The notes below the pieces were generated by a model, which was not told the origin of the DNA, did not search any database, and saw only the letters and a list, made by a program, of their open reading frames with translations. Position numbers and translations under genes: made by a program. Positions 8,477-20,216 of a stretch of 39,980 nucleotides of DNA are shown one piece after another. Origin of the DNA: a virus (Duplodnaviria; Heunggongvirae; Uroviricota; Caudoviricetes); IMG/VR virus record IMGVR_UViG_2617270954_000001; one strand, 5' to 3'. Numbering within the stretch: the stretch's first letter is position 1; each line of letters starts with the position of its first letter.

Positions 8477-10324
8477 TTATTGCTGTTCTGCTGTAATTTG
8501 GCTTGAAAGTATAGGGCGTATCGCATTTGCAGCATTATTTAGCGCTCTTTCATAAGCTGGCGTTCCAGTTTTAGTGTTTGCCAGGCGTAAGAGAGCATTC
8601 CTTGCTGCTTTGGACTCATACAAGCGCATCATTGCACCAAAACCAGCCTCAAGCCCCATTGATACGCCAAGGGTCGCAGTTGCGCCAATCGTCCTTATCC
8701 TGTTGGCTTGCGATTGCCCCGTCTGAGTTACTACATTTGCGGTGTCTGACCTTGCTGTTTGCTGTAGAACTTCATGAAGAGCATCAAGCTCTTTCATGTG
8801 CTTTCCAGAAAAAATAGTGTTGTAAATTTCACCGCCTGACTGAGATTTCAGCTTATTAACTTCAGTGATGAACTTGGCTGGAGAGTCCCCTGCCTTTTCC
8901 GCTATTTTGCTGACGTAAGCTGCACGCATAGCATCTTTCCCCTTATCATCCAGTGCGCTCCAGATTCGTTTCACGTCAGATGGTTTTCTGCTTAATACAA
9001 CGGTATTTATAAGTTCAGGACTGGCTTCACTGCTTGCCTTGTTGAGCTTGTTGGCAATGTTTTTATTAAGCACCTTATTATAAACGTTTGCATAATCGGA
9101 ATTTGCTTTAAGGTATTTTGCTGCGTCTGATGCACCGAGGTTTTTAGCAACTGCGTTACGAAGGTCTTTTGACATTGCATTCTCTACCATATTGGTAGCT
9201 GCTTTTGCCTGGTTGGGGAAGACCATAGCATCTCCCTGAACATTAGATCTAAATGCTGTTCTGTGCTGACGCAAGAGATCAAACGTAACATCCAAATCAG
9301 TTGCAGGGTTTGCTAATTCTTCACGTAGGTTACGCAAGGATGTAAGCAGGCTTTGATTGGCAGACGTCCCAAGCCGTTCCTGTCTTGCGATCGCTGTATT
9401 CAGAGCATTCATGGTATTTGTGGTATCAACTGCGGCATTACCCATTTTATTGGTGACGTCATTGATAACAGCGCCAGCGGCATCCTTCCGCCCCCTTAAC
9501 GTGGTGGTAAGAGATTTCACCACATCATCAGGGTTGTACTCACCAAAACGGTCAAAATAATTACTTACCAGCTTACTACGCGTTGCATATTGCTCCGCTC
9601 GCTTTGAGCCTGTCCCGAGCAAAGCCCCCTCGGCATCCTGAGTTAGGCCGCGAGTAAAAGCATTTTTCGGCCGGATAACATCAGATGTCATTGATGTCAC
9701 GCCCATCGATTCTGATGTGGCAATTTTCTTCGCCACTTCTGGCGCAATATCACCTTTTATAGCCGTTATTCCACGCCCTATTCCCTTTGCTGCTGCGGAA
9801 AGAACACCCTGAGCGGCAAGGTTAACTCCGGCATTTTTAGCTGCATTTTGTGCGAAATCGCCTTTCTGATTTGCGGCCTCTGCCAGTGATCCAATAGCCA
9901 TGCTTCCTGCCGTTCCAACTCCTGGAACTAAATACCCACCAATTGTTTCTCCAGCTTGCGCATAAGGGTCTGTCGGTCGATCGACAGGGCGATAAACATC
10001 ATCCAAAACCTTGGGGCCACCAAGACCCTGACTGATTGCATTAATCAGACTTGCGCCACCCTGCAATACGTCAAATGGTATGTTTACCAGACCACGACCA
10101 GCCTGTTCTGCAATTTGCCCTGCACTTTGACCACCAGTGAGCCAATCGCCAGCTTGTTGCATCAATGATGGTTCTTCACGTGCTGGTTCATTATTGGCCT
10201 GATTAACTGTTTGTTGCTGAACAGCCTGACCAGCAAAATACTCATCAATGGCGGTGCCAATATCTTCCGTGCTCGTACCATCAGGGAAGGTAAATGTCTT
10301 ACCGTTTGCAGTTACTTTCATCAT
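8477..10324 (-). CDS. Ejection (injection) protein, P22 gp16-like
   Basis: 615 aa; N-terminus [17 protein letters not shown] as recalled for P22 gp16; conserved position. Confidence 0.85.
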   Translation of the reverse strand: MMKVTANGKTFTFPDGTSTEDIGTAIDEYFAGQAVQQQTVNQANNEPAREEPSLMQQAGDWLTGGQSAGQIAEQAGRGLVNIPFDVLQGGASLINAISQGLGGPKVLDDVYRPVDRPTDPYAQAGETIGGYLVPGVGTAGSMAIGSLAEAANQKGDFAQNAAKNAGVNLAAQGVLSAAAKGIGRGITAIKGDIAPEVAKKIATSESMGVTSMTSDVIRPKNAFTRGLTQDAEGALLGTGSKRAEQYATRSKLVSNYFDRFGEYNPDDVVKSLTTTLRGRKDAAGAVINDVTNKMGNAAVDTTNTMNALNTAIARQERLGTSANQSLLTSLRNLREELANPATDLDVTFDLLRQHRTAFRSNVQGDAMVFPNQAKAATNMVENAMSKDLRNAVAKNLGASDAAKYLKANSDYANVYNKVLNKNIANKLNKASSEASPELINTVVLSRKPSDVKRIWSALDDKGKDAMRAAYVSKIAEKAGDSPAKFITEVNKLKSQSGGEIYNTIFSGKHMKELDALHEVLQQTARSDTANVVTQTGQSQANRIRTIGATATLGVSMGLEAGFGAMMRLYESKAARNALLRLANTKTGTPAYERALNNAANAIRPILSSQITAEQQ

Positions 10325-11787
10325 TCCACCGTAAATTGAATGCCTGATTTTGAGGTATATGATCCGGATTGACTCTGCTGCTGTTGGGTATTTGTCGGTT
10401 GTTGGCTATTGCTCTGTTGTTGACTATTTGCAGCACTTGAAACCACCAAAGCATCATAAACGCGACCAGACTGACCACGTAATGAGTTATATTGGCCCTG
10501 CATTTTTCGCATTTTTGTTTCAGTAGCAGCCTTGGAATCACCGGGCTGAGGCAGGTACATTTTGGAATACTCCTGCATCTCTGGCAGAGTAATTGCTGCA
10601 CCTGTTTCTGGGCGCAAAATTGCATACAAGGCGTCTCTCGCATTTACCATATATTGCTGCTCCGCTGGTGATAGGCTTAAATTTGCAATAGTCCCATCAC
10701 CAAGAGAGCGATTTATTAATGCAACTCGCTTAGGGTCAATGCTTTTACTAAGCTGATTCATTGAGTCCATTGAATCTTTTAATCGCAAAGCAAATCCTGC
10801 CGCCTTCTTGGAACCCTCATTAGCCTTATCTATGATGCTTTGCGCTTGTGGCAAGCTAATTGGTTTAATGCCATCACCAGATATAGGTTGGTTTAGTTTT
10901 CCGGCTTCCTCGCTGCCATCGGTGTAATACTTAGTTACCGAGCCATCAGGATTGGTTTCAACCTTAAGTAATTTCTTAGCATTGGGATTAATTCCCGCCG
11001 CTGCCGCAAATGCCGCTGCACCATCTGGATCCGCCTTTAACATTTGCGCGTACTGATTGTAATTCTGCATTGCGGCTGTTGGTGCATATGCTGACGTTAA
11101 CGCATTTGCTCGGCTAATATCCTGCCCTCTCGCCTGAAGTGCTTCACCAGCCTGATTGCTGCGGATTGTCTCTGCCAGCCTGCCTCGGTCAATATCACGA
11201 CCAGCCATCTTGTCCTGAACATTGAAGTAATCAATCGGACCAAGAGCAGCCATTCCAAGGTGATCAACAAACTCACCAAATCCTGAAGGATTCTGCTGAT
11301 ACATCTGAGCAACGCTGTTAGGGTCAACACCGACGCGAGTCAGTTCCTTGGCGTTGTTTTGCAGCCATGATTGCATTGCTTCTGGAGACGATGACGCAAG
11401 GCGTGCGCCAGCCGCTAAGGTGCCGATAGAATTGCGCTGCTCTTCATCAATGAATCCCATGCCTTTACGAACGGATTCAATCTGGTCTGGATATTGAGTA
11501 GCCAACTGACGCAAAGCACCGCGATCACCAGACGCATAAGCATTAGCGTATGCCTGCTGAAATTCTTTCTGCCGCTGAGCCTGCTTTTCCTGCTGAACCC
11601 CCCCCGCAATACCTGAAAGGCCTTGCAAAGCAGTCAGCCCAACATTGTTAGCGCCTGAACGCTCAATATCATTGTTCTGCCTGATAAGCTGAAGCGTATT
11701 GCCGATGTCATTTACGCTCGGAGCGTTTGAGTTGACGCCGCCGATACCAGCCAACAATCCGCCATTTGATCCTTGCCAAGTAGCCAT
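10321..11787 (-). CDS. Ejection protein, P22 gp20-like
   Basis: 488 aa, Gln/Ala-rich; synteny between gp7 and gp16. Confidence 0.8.
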   Translation of the reverse strand: MATWQGSNGGLLAGIGGVNSNAPSVNDIGNTLQLIRQNNDIERSGANNVGLTALQGLSGIAGGVQQEKQAQRQKEFQQAYANAYASGDRGALRQLATQYPDQIESVRKGMGFIDEEQRNSIGTLAAGARLASSSPEAMQSWLQNNAKELTRVGVDPNSVAQMYQQNPSGFGEFVDHLGMAALGPIDYFNVQDKMAGRDIDRGRLAETIRSNQAGEALQARGQDISRANALTSAYAPTAAMQNYNQYAQMLKADPDGAAAFAAAAGINPNAKKLLKVETNPDGSVTKYYTDGSEEAGKLNQPISGDGIKPISLPQAQSIIDKANEGSKKAAGFALRLKDSMDSMNQLSKSIDPKRVALINRSLGDGTIANLSLSPAEQQYMVNARDALYAILRPETGAAITLPEMQEYSKMYLPQPGDSKAATETKMRKMQGQYNSLRGQSGRVYDALVVSSAANSQQQSNSQQPTNTQQQQSQSGSYTSKSGIQFTVE

Positions 11788-11796
11788 GATTACCCC

Positions 11797-12489
11797 TTAA
11801 AACAACGAACCAAGCAATCCGATACCAGCACCAATGCCAGCGCCCCAAGGTGTTGATGTTCCCAAAAGGCTGGCAAGACCTGCACCGGCAATCGCACCAG
11901 ACGTTCCGCCACTAATTGCTGTCTGAAGACTTGATGGTTTGTTGGCATTAGCAGCGGCAAGAGCTGCGCTTTGCTGTGCAATGCTGCTCATGTTGTTGGC
12001 GTACGTCTGCCCGGCGTTTGCCTGACCTTGCAGAGCACCAAGCCCAACGTTTGCCAGATTGTTGTAATTGCTCATCTGATTTGATAACCAAGACTGACCG
12101 AGTGTCGGCGCGATCGTAGCCAGTTGATTGCTTGTGGCTGTCGAACCAAGTCCACCCGTCGCCTCCGCAGCAGCAAGACTCTGGTAACGCGCCTGACCTG
12201 CAAGGTCTTTATACTGCTGAGAGTTGTAATACTGATTAAGTGCCTGCCCCTGACCTTCTAAACTGGAAAGATTCTGAAGCTGGTTAACATACTGCTCCGC
12301 AAGCGGCGTGAACGGAGCAAGGTTTTTCATGATCGTCTGCCACTGCTGATTTTGCAGGTCTGCGGCATACTTCTGAGCTTCTGCTGCATACTTTGCGCTT
12401 TTATCAGAGCTGCCACCTTTCCCGCCTTTTTCAGGGCAATAAGGTTCCTCGCCGCGCAGTTTTCTGCCCAGCTTAAATGCATATAACAT
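11797..12489 (-). CDS. Ejection protein, P22 gp7-like
   Basis: 230 aa; N-terminus MLYAF.LGRKLRGEEP..PEKGGKGGS; Gly/Ala/Gln-rich C-terminal half. Confidence 0.85.
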   Translation of the reverse strand: MLYAFKLGRKLRGEEPYCPEKGGKGGSSDKSAKYAAEAQKYAADLQNQQWQTIMKNLAPFTPLAEQYVNQLQNLSSLEGQGQALNQYYNSQQYKDLAGQARYQSLAAAEATGGLGSTATSNQLATIAPTLGQSWLSNQMSNYNNLANVGLGALQGQANAGQTYANNMSSIAQQSAALAAANANKPSSLQTAISGGTSGAIAGAGLASLLGTSTPWGAGIGAGIGLLGSLF

Positions 12490-12491
12490 AG

Positions 12492-12947
12492 CTATCTCCC
12501 GTGATTCAGGAAGTCGATTAGTTCTTCGCGTGTGGCGCTGTAAAACGTCACGTCATCCACGCCTTTGAAGTATTTCTTGATGGTTCCTACACGCTTAAGG
12601 CCAATCATTGCGCAGTACATCTGACCGTGGCGGAATTTGCGCGCAGCGAACGATGTGACGCACTGAACGGTGGTGTTAGTCAGAATGTATCGCCAGAACG
12701 CCAGCCCGATTTCCTTGCTGAAGCCGCGAATCTCTGACAGGTACATGGCGTGGCAATCGAATGTCAGCGGCTGAATCTCCTGATAGTAAACAATGCCGCC
12801 AAACTGACCGTGCACGTTAACCTCAAAGTAACGGCATTCAGGCTTGTAATCGTATCCATCACCATTGTTGCTTCCGGCAATAATGTCAGGGTGATTTCCG
12901 ACTGCTTCGATCAGGTCGATGTTTCGCGTTGGTTTGAACTGAATCAT
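12492..12947 (-). CDS. P22 gp14-like virion assembly protein
   Basis: 151 aa; position between gp26 and gp7. Confidence 0.65.
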   Translation of the reverse strand: MIQFKPTRNIDLIEAVGNHPDIIAGSNNGDGYDYKPECRYFEVNVHGQFGGIVYYQEIQPLTFDCHAMYLSEIRGFSKEIGLAFWRYILTNTTVQCVTSFAARKFRHGQMYCAMIGLKRVGTIKKYFKGVDDVTFYSATREELIDFLNHGR

Positions 12948-13795
12948 TACTGCTCCGCGATTATCTTGATGGTTGTGGCAGTAAACGCCGCACCATTTGA
13001 CTGAATGGTTAACGTGCTGCCATTTGTGGCAAGAAAGCCGTCTTTATCCACGCTGAAGAACGTAGCTAACAAGATGTTGTCGGTTGTTGTCACCGCATTA
13101 CGACTGCTAACCAACGTGTCAGGAACAGAACCGGAAAATGTTAGCTGCATTGACCTGTTGGCGGTTCCGCTGGGCCACGTCCCGACAATCGACAGCTTGA
13201 AGAACAGGGTTTTGTTCTCGTTGAACACAACCATCTTGTTGTTAACAGTGTCGAAGAATGGTGCCAACGTGCCGGATGACGGCGTGAGCGTTTTCAGCAG
13301 GCTAACAAGGTTGGTCGGCGCTGTCGGGATGGTTACTGATACGCCAGAGTAAACAACCTCTGACTTCTTGCGAGTAGTGGCATACTCCAGAGCATCGATG
13401 CGCGATTCATGGTCTGAAACCTGCGACTCCAGCGACTGAACTCTGGTATCAAGCGACGCAATATCGCTTTCATTCTGAGCGATTCGCGTTTCATGTTCCT
13501 GAAGAGTTGATTCTGCCTGGCTGATTCTCTCCTCATGATTAACAAGCGTTGCTTCCGCAGCAGAAATTCGCTGCTCATGGTCAGCGAGAATCACATCCTG
13601 CTCATCGTTCCTGACTTGTGCGTCATAAGCGCCCTGTCCGGCCTCGTTGGCCTTGTTAGCCACGTTACCAACATCAGTACCCTGTGCGATAACGTACAGC
13701 AGATATGACTGCGAAAAGATATTGCGTGGAAGGACTGATGTGTCGAGCCGTGTAGCCTGAATGATTACCGGCACATTGAGATTCGAATCCGCCAT
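12947..13795 (-). CDS. Tail needle, P22 gp26-like, with C-terminal extension
   Basis: N-terminus [39 protein letters not shown]...[18 protein letters not shown] matches gp26; 282 aa versus about 233 in P22. Confidence 0.9.
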   Translation of the reverse strand: MADSNLNVPVIIQATRLDTSVLPRNIFSQSYLLYVIAQGTDVGNVANKANEAGQGAYDAQVRNDEQDVILADHEQRISAAEATLVNHEERISQAESTLQEHETRIAQNESDIASLDTRVQSLESQVSDHESRIDALEYATTRKKSEVVYSGVSVTIPTAPTNLVSLLKTLTPSSGTLAPFFDTVNNKMVVFNENKTLFFKLSIVGTWPSGTANRSMQLTFSGSVPDTLVSSRNAVTTTDNILLATFFSVDKDGFLATNGSTLTIQSNGAAFTATTIKIIAEQ

Positions 13796-15213
13796 TACTC
13801 AATCCTTATCTGGCAGCCAGACAGAGTGACAGGTGACTTCGTGATAACGCGCAATTTGAATCCGACATTTTTCCTTATTCGCCCGACACGCTTCCACAAA
13901 ACGCGTTTGTCGTAAACGAACGGTTCATTCTGCTCAATTATCTGCTCACGCCCGTAATTGATGCCGTCAGTGGTTGCAGAGAGAAAAAGGCGGTCAGCAT
14001 ACTGCGCAACTCCAGTTGAAGATTCAACTTCAAGGTCGAAAACTCTGGCGTTATCTGCTTTGAACAACGGAGTAAACAGCAGGTGTTCCTGTTGAAGCCC
14101 ATACTGGCTGCTGATATCGAACTGCAATTTGCCGGTAACCGATTCCAGCTTATCGCCGCACGTTATCTGATTGCCTTCGTAAATGAAGTCGATAGCGCGG
14201 TACACATCGTCATACAAGCCAGTTTTCAACACACACCATTGCGGACCATTGGCGCTTGAAGATGCGTCGTACACGAGAACATGGCGCGGAAGGTGGATAA
14301 TCAGCAACTCATGAGCATCAAATCTCAGCGATTCCATCACACCATCAGCCAGTTCATCAGCAGTGTAGGAGCGGAGGATTTTCTCAATGCTCGCGCTGGC
14401 GATTGGTGAAACCTGACCGGATCCGATGATGTATACAGACGGAGCACCTGTTGCCGGATTGCTGATGAACGCATAAGAATCAGCGAATGGCGTTTTGCAG
14501 TAAGTCCCGGCGATGCCTTTTTGCACCATCAGTGATGGCTGTGCGACATACAAAGCGGCACCAACGGTGGTTGCGCCAGTCAGGGAAAAATACTCAATCG
14601 TCGATGAACCAAAGCAGACGATGAAGTCTCGCCATGTTCCGATTCCGATGATGCCGTCAGGCTGCGACTCGGCACGATATTGTGCGCTGTAGCGGTCAGG
14701 ATGCGATTCGTCTTCAAGGTCAGTGATAAACCATGAATCAGTGCCGTCTTTTGACCACGCATAACGCCCGCGTAAGCGCGTAATGTCACGAACAGAACCT
14801 AACTCATACTGCGTAAACCCGCTGTCTGCAGGCCAGTTTGAGACGGTTTTAACCGTGCCATCATAGCGATACTCGACCAGTTGACCATTAACGCCTACAG
14901 CCTGAGATGTCCGACCATGTGCCATTGATACGCGACCACTTCCAGCGACGTCACCGACTTCGCTTTCGCCTTTGTAGAGCTTCCCACCACACACGCGATA
15001 AACAGCATTCTGCGCCATGTTGTACTCGACACCGCGCGATACACCATTCACATCAGAACGTTTGGCAATGCCAGGGAATGAGCGAAGATATCCGCTGCTG
15101 TTGAGTATTTCTTTGGGTGTAGCCAACATATTCACTGGCAGATAGTCGATATAGTCGGCGTTTCGAAAGTCTTTGCCGACACCTTTCATAAGCGGAAGTT
15201 GCTGAATCGGCAT
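13795..15213 (-). CDS. Tail hub protein, P22 gp10-like
   Basis: 472 aa, same length and position as P22 gp10. Confidence 0.8.
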   Translation of the reverse strand: MPIQQLPLMKGVGKDFRNADYIDYLPVNMLATPKEILNSSGYLRSFPGIAKRSDVNGVSRGVEYNMAQNAVYRVCGGKLYKGESEVGDVAGSGRVSMAHGRTSQAVGVNGQLVEYRYDGTVKTVSNWPADSGFTQYELGSVRDITRLRGRYAWSKDGTDSWFITDLEDESHPDRYSAQYRAESQPDGIIGIGTWRDFIVCFGSSTIEYFSLTGATTVGAALYVAQPSLMVQKGIAGTYCKTPFADSYAFISNPATGAPSVYIIGSGQVSPIASASIEKILRSYTADELADGVMESLRFDAHELLIIHLPRHVLVYDASSSANGPQWCVLKTGLYDDVYRAIDFIYEGNQITCGDKLESVTGKLQFDISSQYGLQQEHLLFTPLFKADNARVFDLEVESSTGVAQYADRLFLSATTDGINYGREQIIEQNEPFVYDKRVLWKRVGRIRKNVGFKLRVITKSPVTLSGCQIRIE

Positions 15214-15221
15214 TTATTCAC

Positions 15222-15704
15222 CTATGCGTTTGGGATATCGCCATCAATCAGAGGGAGATCGCCTGGATAATATCGGTCAGATGTAAACACGTCATATTTA
15301 TTACCCTGTCCTACAGGAAAATCTCCACGTCGTCGCATTGAAGGAACAACCAGAGTGTCGGTCATCAAGGCATCATATGAGCGTTTGGCGTTACTGAGAA
15401 CTTGCGGAGTTGGTTCAAGGCTGTAATCAGATAGCATTCTCAGCAATAACTGATAGCCTACTGCGTGTTTGTATTTTCTTGGAAGACCTGACTCATCATC
15501 TGGTAATGGCTGCTCATCTCCAGTTGCGAAAGCGTAACCAATGTCGCCGGGGTTAATCATCCACTCGGACATCATATCTTCCAGATCATTTACACCATCT
15601 TCAATTGATTGCGGCTCAACATCAGTCAGCGATGCATTAGAAGCAATAGCAAACTTACGAAGCGCAAAAAGGACGATCTCACCCTTTGTCAGTACTGTTG
15701 CCAT
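15222..15704 (-). CDS. Tail adaptor, P22 gp4-like
   Basis: 160 aa; position between coat and gp10. Confidence 0.7.
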   Translation of the reverse strand: MATVLTKGEIVLFALRKFAIASNASLTDVEPQSIEDGVNDLEDMMSEWMINPGDIGYAFATGDEQPLPDDESGLPRKYKHAVGYQLLLRMLSDYSLEPTPQVLSNAKRSYDALMTDTLVVPSMRRRGDFPVGQGNKYDVFTSDRYYPGDLPLIDGDIPNA

Positions 15705-15864
15705 TGTCTGCCGCCTTACGACCTCGCTTACTGGTCGGTTTCAATTCATCAACTGAGGCAACAAAGCCCAACTTTTCGAAAAACTGGAAGTCTTTTTCTG
15801 CGATAACGGCCTGTACATGTCCGGATTCGTTATCTGCGGCAAGGAATACACTCATGCGATCCAT
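15679..15864 (-). CDS. Small hypothetical ORF between coat and gp4
   Basis: 61-aa ORF overlapping the gp4 start; no recognisable motif. Confidence 0.25.
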   Translation of the reverse strand: MDRMSVFLAADNESGHVQAVIAEKDFQFFEKLGFVASVDELKPTSKRGRKAADNGNSTDKG

Positions 15865-15906
15865 ATTGTTTCCTTAAAACATAAAAGGGGCGGAAGCCCC
15901 TTGTTA

Positions 15907-17178
15907 TTACGGATTACCGAAGAACTGACCGCCCATGTGAGGGTTAAAGCACACATATGCAGGCAGTAAGTCAAAGCGCATTTTTTGCACGTTGGCATCG
16001 CCATCTGCGTATTTATGTACGCGGATGGAGAAACCTTCATATGTTGCAACAGCAGAATCAATACTGTGCAGTTTCGGCAGTGGGATAGAGCCAAGTCCAC
16101 AGAAGAACTTGTTATAGAACAGGTTTGGCTTCATTGTCTGGCTAGCAGTGCCTACTACAGATACGGCATCGCCTGCCGCTACCTGACGACTTACAGAGTT
16201 GTACTGCGGGTTTGTAGTGTCATAAATCGGAACACCAGAAAGCGTAACCGTCACATCGCCACTGCTGTCTGAATTAGCATCAGCAGTAACCGTTGCAGTG
16301 AAGCTAATTGGTGTGGCTCCGTTATACAACGCCTGTTTGGTCTGCTGTTGCAGCCAGTAGGTATTGGTGAATTTAACCTGATCACCAGCTTTCAGAAAAC
16401 CTGTAACGCTGGCTGTCGCTCCGGTCAATGTTACAGTGAACTGGTATGAGTCTTTAACTGCGTTATAGGTAACAGTTGGCTGTGTTTTGACTGTCAGTGT
16501 TCCGCCAAATGCCCCCTGCGTACGAGAGGCAAGCCCATTAGACATCAGTGCGCGAATGCCGCCAAAATTGGTTGGAATCTGCGCATTCTCCCATGCAGTA
16601 CGAACCAATTGATCTGAAGCGTGCAAACCAGTCTGCGCATCAGCAAGTCGCTGTGCAGACCATGGATCCATTACAGCATAGTTTTCACCTTCATTAACGC
16701 CGAGGTCTTTCAGGAAAGATGCCGTCTGCGCAACATCAGACCATTTGGTGATTGGAGTATTGGGGCTACCAAGTGACAACGCACCGTTATTCATCATGAA
16801 GTGAGCAAGCTCTGTTTCAAGGTCGGTAACGATTCGCTGGCGAACCGGCGCGAGAATTTCTTCCAGTTGGTTAAGCTTGATCGCTTCCTCCAGTTGCTGA
16901 TATTCAACAGCAACAGTGATGTAGTTACCTACACGCCCCGTAGCTTTACCTGAGTTCAGGTTGTTTTTATTTTGCCCTGAAATATCACCAGTGGGAGTAC
17001 GGAGGGATGAGAATTGATGCGGACGTTTAAAGCTAACGCTATCGCCAGTGCTGGAGTTGATTTCACCTGCCAGCAACTGACGGTCTACGGTTTTCGCCAG
17101 AACTAAATCTGACATAAAACCAGGAAGGAATTTTTTCAGAACGATTTGACTGACGTTACTGTCGAGATTGTTAGGCAT
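15907..17178 (-). CDS. Major capsid (coat) protein, Sf6-type rather than P22-type
   Basis: 423 aa between scaffold and gp4; does not resemble the P22 coat sequence I recall; length equals the Sf6 coat. Confidence 0.7.
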   Translation of the reverse strand: MPNNLDSNVSQIVLKKFLPGFMSDLVLAKTVDRQLLAGEINSSTGDSVSFKRPHQFSSLRTPTGDISGQNKNNLNSGKATGRVGNYITVAVEYQQLEEAIKLNQLEEILAPVRQRIVTDLETELAHFMMNNGALSLGSPNTPITKWSDVAQTASFLKDLGVNEGENYAVMDPWSAQRLADAQTGLHASDQLVRTAWENAQIPTNFGGIRALMSNGLASRTQGAFGGTLTVKTQPTVTYNAVKDSYQFTVTLTGATASVTGFLKAGDQVKFTNTYWLQQQTKQALYNGATPISFTATVTADANSDSSGDVTVTLSGVPIYDTTNPQYNSVSRQVAAGDAVSVVGTASQTMKPNLFYNKFFCGLGSIPLPKLHSIDSAVATYEGFSIRVHKYADGDANVQKMRFDLLPAYVCFNPHMGGQFFGNP

Positions 17179-17189
17179 TTATCTTTTCC

Positions 17190-18074
17190 TTATTCGATTT
17201 TTGCGCCGGGGCATAATTTGTTGAATTCGTCTTGTTTCGCATCAGCACCGCCACCACGTACTTCCGGCTCTGGCTTGATGGCTTTCTTTGGTTTTGGAGC
17301 AAGGCTTACCTGTTTGCTAATCTGCCCCAAGAGGAATGCTGCGCGAATTGGATCTGTCTCAGCGGCTACACGCTGGCGTAATTGCTGGCTCTTACCTAAG
17401 CCATAGGCGAGTAGTTCAGAGCCTTCGTCTGCACAGTGAATGATGATTTCCTGCTGAATTGGTGGTAGCTCACTAAGAACAATGGCTTCCATTTCCTGAT
17501 AATCTTTCACAGGAAGTTTGGCTGCCCGTTGTTTATGCGCTTCTACCCTTTGCTGGAAACGCTGCTGGTATTCCTGTTGCTGACGTAGTTTTTGTTGCTG
17601 CTGCTGTTCGACACGGCCTTTTTTCTCATGCCAATCAGTCAATGCCTGTTCAAACGCCTGTTCGTCATAATCACACGACTCAAGAGTCGGTTTTGGTGGA
17701 ATAGCGTCTGGTTGTGGTTGCTGATGTTCCGCAGGCTTGGCTAATGCTTCCTCAAGCTGGCGTCGCAACTCACGGTTTTCTTTCTGTGTTTCTTTGAAGA
17801 CTTTGCGAAGATCTTTCACCCATTGCGGTGCAGGTTGCCCGTCAATGTGATCATCATCGTCAGCGTTAAGCTGAATTTCTTCATCACCAATACGCAAGGC
17901 GTAATCTTCTGGTGTCTCTTCGGTTTTTTCAGGATCAGTTGCCATCTCTTTTCCGTTGTCATCCTGGCTTTCATTCTCAGGCTGTGACTCTGTTTGGATG
18001 ATGGTTTCTTCTGCATTTTCCTGTGTTTCAGACAGGTCAATAACCTGACCGTCGATGATCAGTTCGTTTTCCAT
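17190..18074 (-). CDS. Scaffolding protein
   Basis: 294 aa, acidic N-terminus, Gln/Glu-rich helical composition; between portal and coat. Confidence 0.65.
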   Translation of the reverse strand: MENELIIDGQVIDLSETQENAEETIIQTESQPENESQDDNGKEMATDPEKTEETPEDYALRIGDEEIQLNADDDDHIDGQPAPQWVKDLRKVFKETQKENRELRRQLEEALAKPAEHQQPQPDAIPPKPTLESCDYDEQAFEQALTDWHEKKGRVEQQQQQKLRQQQEYQQRFQQRVEAHKQRAAKLPVKDYQEMEAIVLSELPPIQQEIIIHCADEGSELLAYGLGKSQQLRQRVAAETDPIRAAFLLGQISKQVSLAPKPKKAIKPEPEVRGGGADAKQDEFNKLCPGAKIE

Positions 18075-18087
18075 TGATTACTCCTGG

Positions 18088-20214
18088 TTAACTCGGCATT
18101 AAGTCTGCCGGTGACTGTGGTGGTGACTGGAATTGCTGTTGTTGTGACTCGGCGACATCTTTCAGAAGGCGTATTGCCTCCATCACTGCTTTGTCATCGA
18201 TGTTTCTGGCTTGAGCCAGTTTATAGACAGTGTTTGCCTGACTCTCCATCGCATCCTGCTGGGCAGTAAATGCTTTGATTTGAGTTTGAGCAGTTTCGTT
18301 AGTTGCTTTTTGCGCTTCTGCCTGCGCTGCTACCATTTGCGCCTGAGCGAGAACCATTTCAGGATTTGGCTGGCTTTGTGCTGCCATTTGCGCCTGTTGA
18401 ACAATCTGCTGCTCTTTCTCATTGCGTGGTTTTGCAATACCAGATATCAGCAGTTGGTTTCGGTTGTACTCTTTGAAGTCATCAAGGCCTTCGCCATCGA
18501 TATTGTCCAGAATAATACCCTGAATTGCCGGGCGCATTGGGTCTGTTGGAAGCATAGAGCTAAGGACATTTGTCAGTACAGAAACCGTTGCATCACGTCG
18601 TGCTGTGTAGCTTGGTCCAACATCAACCGTCACATCGTATCGACCGACAGAAAGGTCATTTAACGCAACAACAGCCCCTGTTTGCCTGTCAACAACCTGT
18701 GCGCTCATGACAGCGATATCATCACTTCCATCTTCGTTAACGATGCGCACTTCACGTTCTGAACCGTACACTTCACGCGCCATTGACAGCCATACTTCAC
18801 CAGCGCGTTTAAGACTTTTCGCCATATTGTCCAGATAGATAAACGAAGCCATATCTGCTCTGTTCATCAAGTTGTTAACCGTTTCCTGAGCAATATTACT
18901 TGGCATCTGCTGCATGGCCTGACTGCCGCCTGTAACCTCCTGAATATCTGCACTGGTTTGCTGTAGTAATGCAGCCAATGCCTGATTCATAACCGCAGGC
19001 TGTGTATATCCTGCCGGGGTAGCTCCAGCGATAATGTTGCCAGATTTATCTCTCACTTCGCGCAACGGCAAGAACGCTGGGCGTTTCTTGTTACGAGCCT
19101 CCCAGTGCTTCTCAAGTCCACGAATTTGCTCCATGCCAACTATAGGGATCTGACCGGGGTCTTGCGCTGCAGTATCAGCCAGCATTGATACCTGAAGGTT
19201 ATACAAACGCTGTGGATCCATTGCTTTTGCAATGTGCCCTTCGACACGCTCAATGTCATCAATGAACCAGCGTTTTCCATAAACCGGGATGAGGGGGATA
19301 TGTTCACCAGGAATACGTCGAGGTTTCTCAAGGAAACCATCACCATCCACTACGGATACATACACACGACGGCGCTTCACTGAGCGCCTTGCCACTTCAT
19401 GAAATCCAGCTATTGCCAGTTCATCTTCAATATCTTCAACCTGATCACTGTCGTATGTTGCAATCTCTCCAGTGATTGGATGTCGATAACTGATGACGTC
19501 AACAGACTCTTTACGAACTTCGTAATACTTCGCTATGTAAATAACATCTGCATCAAACCAGTCATATTCCCAACTGGTCATAGACGTTACGTCCAGAGAA
19601 GCAGGAGGTTTCTTTCCGTATTCAGTCTCATATTTTTCAGGTGACAACGAATACATGCAGAACGCCCACAACGCGTCAGATTTGTCGTACTTCTTAGCGT
19701 CAGGGTCAAACCACACAGAGCGCGACGGGTCGTATATTGGTTCAATAGCAATACGCTGACGATCGTCCATGGGGTCGAATTCATTGACCAGCATCGACGT
19801 CAAACGGAAGCAACCGAAACCACCGGTAGCAGCGTCGTCAAATGCATTATCGCAAGCCTCACCGCCATCAGTTTCTTCGTAGTCAGCACGGAACAGACCA
19901 TTTAATTTATTGGCTAACTCTTCGCTTGCCTCTCTGTCACCAGGGCGAAACTTAACAGTGATTCTGTTATTGCGGTATTCTGCAATGATGCGGTTAAGTT
20001 CAGTTGCTACCTTATTGATTTCAAACTTAGGATACTTCTCGAACTGCTCATCAAGCTTAGTTCCAGCCGCCGTTGCTCCTTCCCATTGACCTCCGGGGAC
20101 ACGAGCAAACCTCGTAGCTTCAATGCACTTTTCGCGCACTTCCTGCTGTGGAGAATAGGCGCGGTCAAACCTGAGCATGATCCGCTCATGTTTTTTCTCT
20201 AATGTCTCTGCCAT
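18088..20214 (-). CDS. Portal protein (ORF track extends to 20286; internal Met at 20214 avoids overlap with terminase)
   Basis: About 708 aa from MAETLEKKHERIMLRF; immediately downstream of large terminase. Confidence 0.85.
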   Translation of the reverse strand: MAETLEKKHERIMLRFDRAYSPQQEVREKCIEATRFARVPGGQWEGATAAGTKLDEQFEKYPKFEINKVATELNRIIAEYRNNRITVKFRPGDREASEELANKLNGLFRADYEETDGGEACDNAFDDAATGGFGCFRLTSMLVNEFDPMDDRQRIAIEPIYDPSRSVWFDPDAKKYDKSDALWAFCMYSLSPEKYETEYGKKPPASLDVTSMTSWEYDWFDADVIYIAKYYEVRKESVDVISYRHPITGEIATYDSDQVEDIEDELAIAGFHEVARRSVKRRRVYVSVVDGDGFLEKPRRIPGEHIPLIPVYGKRWFIDDIERVEGHIAKAMDPQRLYNLQVSMLADTAAQDPGQIPIVGMEQIRGLEKHWEARNKKRPAFLPLREVRDKSGNIIAGATPAGYTQPAVMNQALAALLQQTSADIQEVTGGSQAMQQMPSNIAQETVNNLMNRADMASFIYLDNMAKSLKRAGEVWLSMAREVYGSEREVRIVNEDGSDDIAVMSAQVVDRQTGAVVALNDLSVGRYDVTVDVGPSYTARRDATVSVLTNVLSSMLPTDPMRPAIQGIILDNIDGEGLDDFKEYNRNQLLISGIAKPRNEKEQQIVQQAQMAAQSQPNPEMVLAQAQMVAAQAEAQKATNETAQTQIKAFTAQQDAMESQANTVYKLAQARNIDDKAVMEAIRLLKDVAESQQQQFQSPPQSPADLMPS

Positions 20215-20216
20215 GT

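Noticed and set aside
18211-18663. 150-aa plus-strand ORF antisense to the portal gene
   Set aside because: Leu/Cys-rich artefact within the portal coding region
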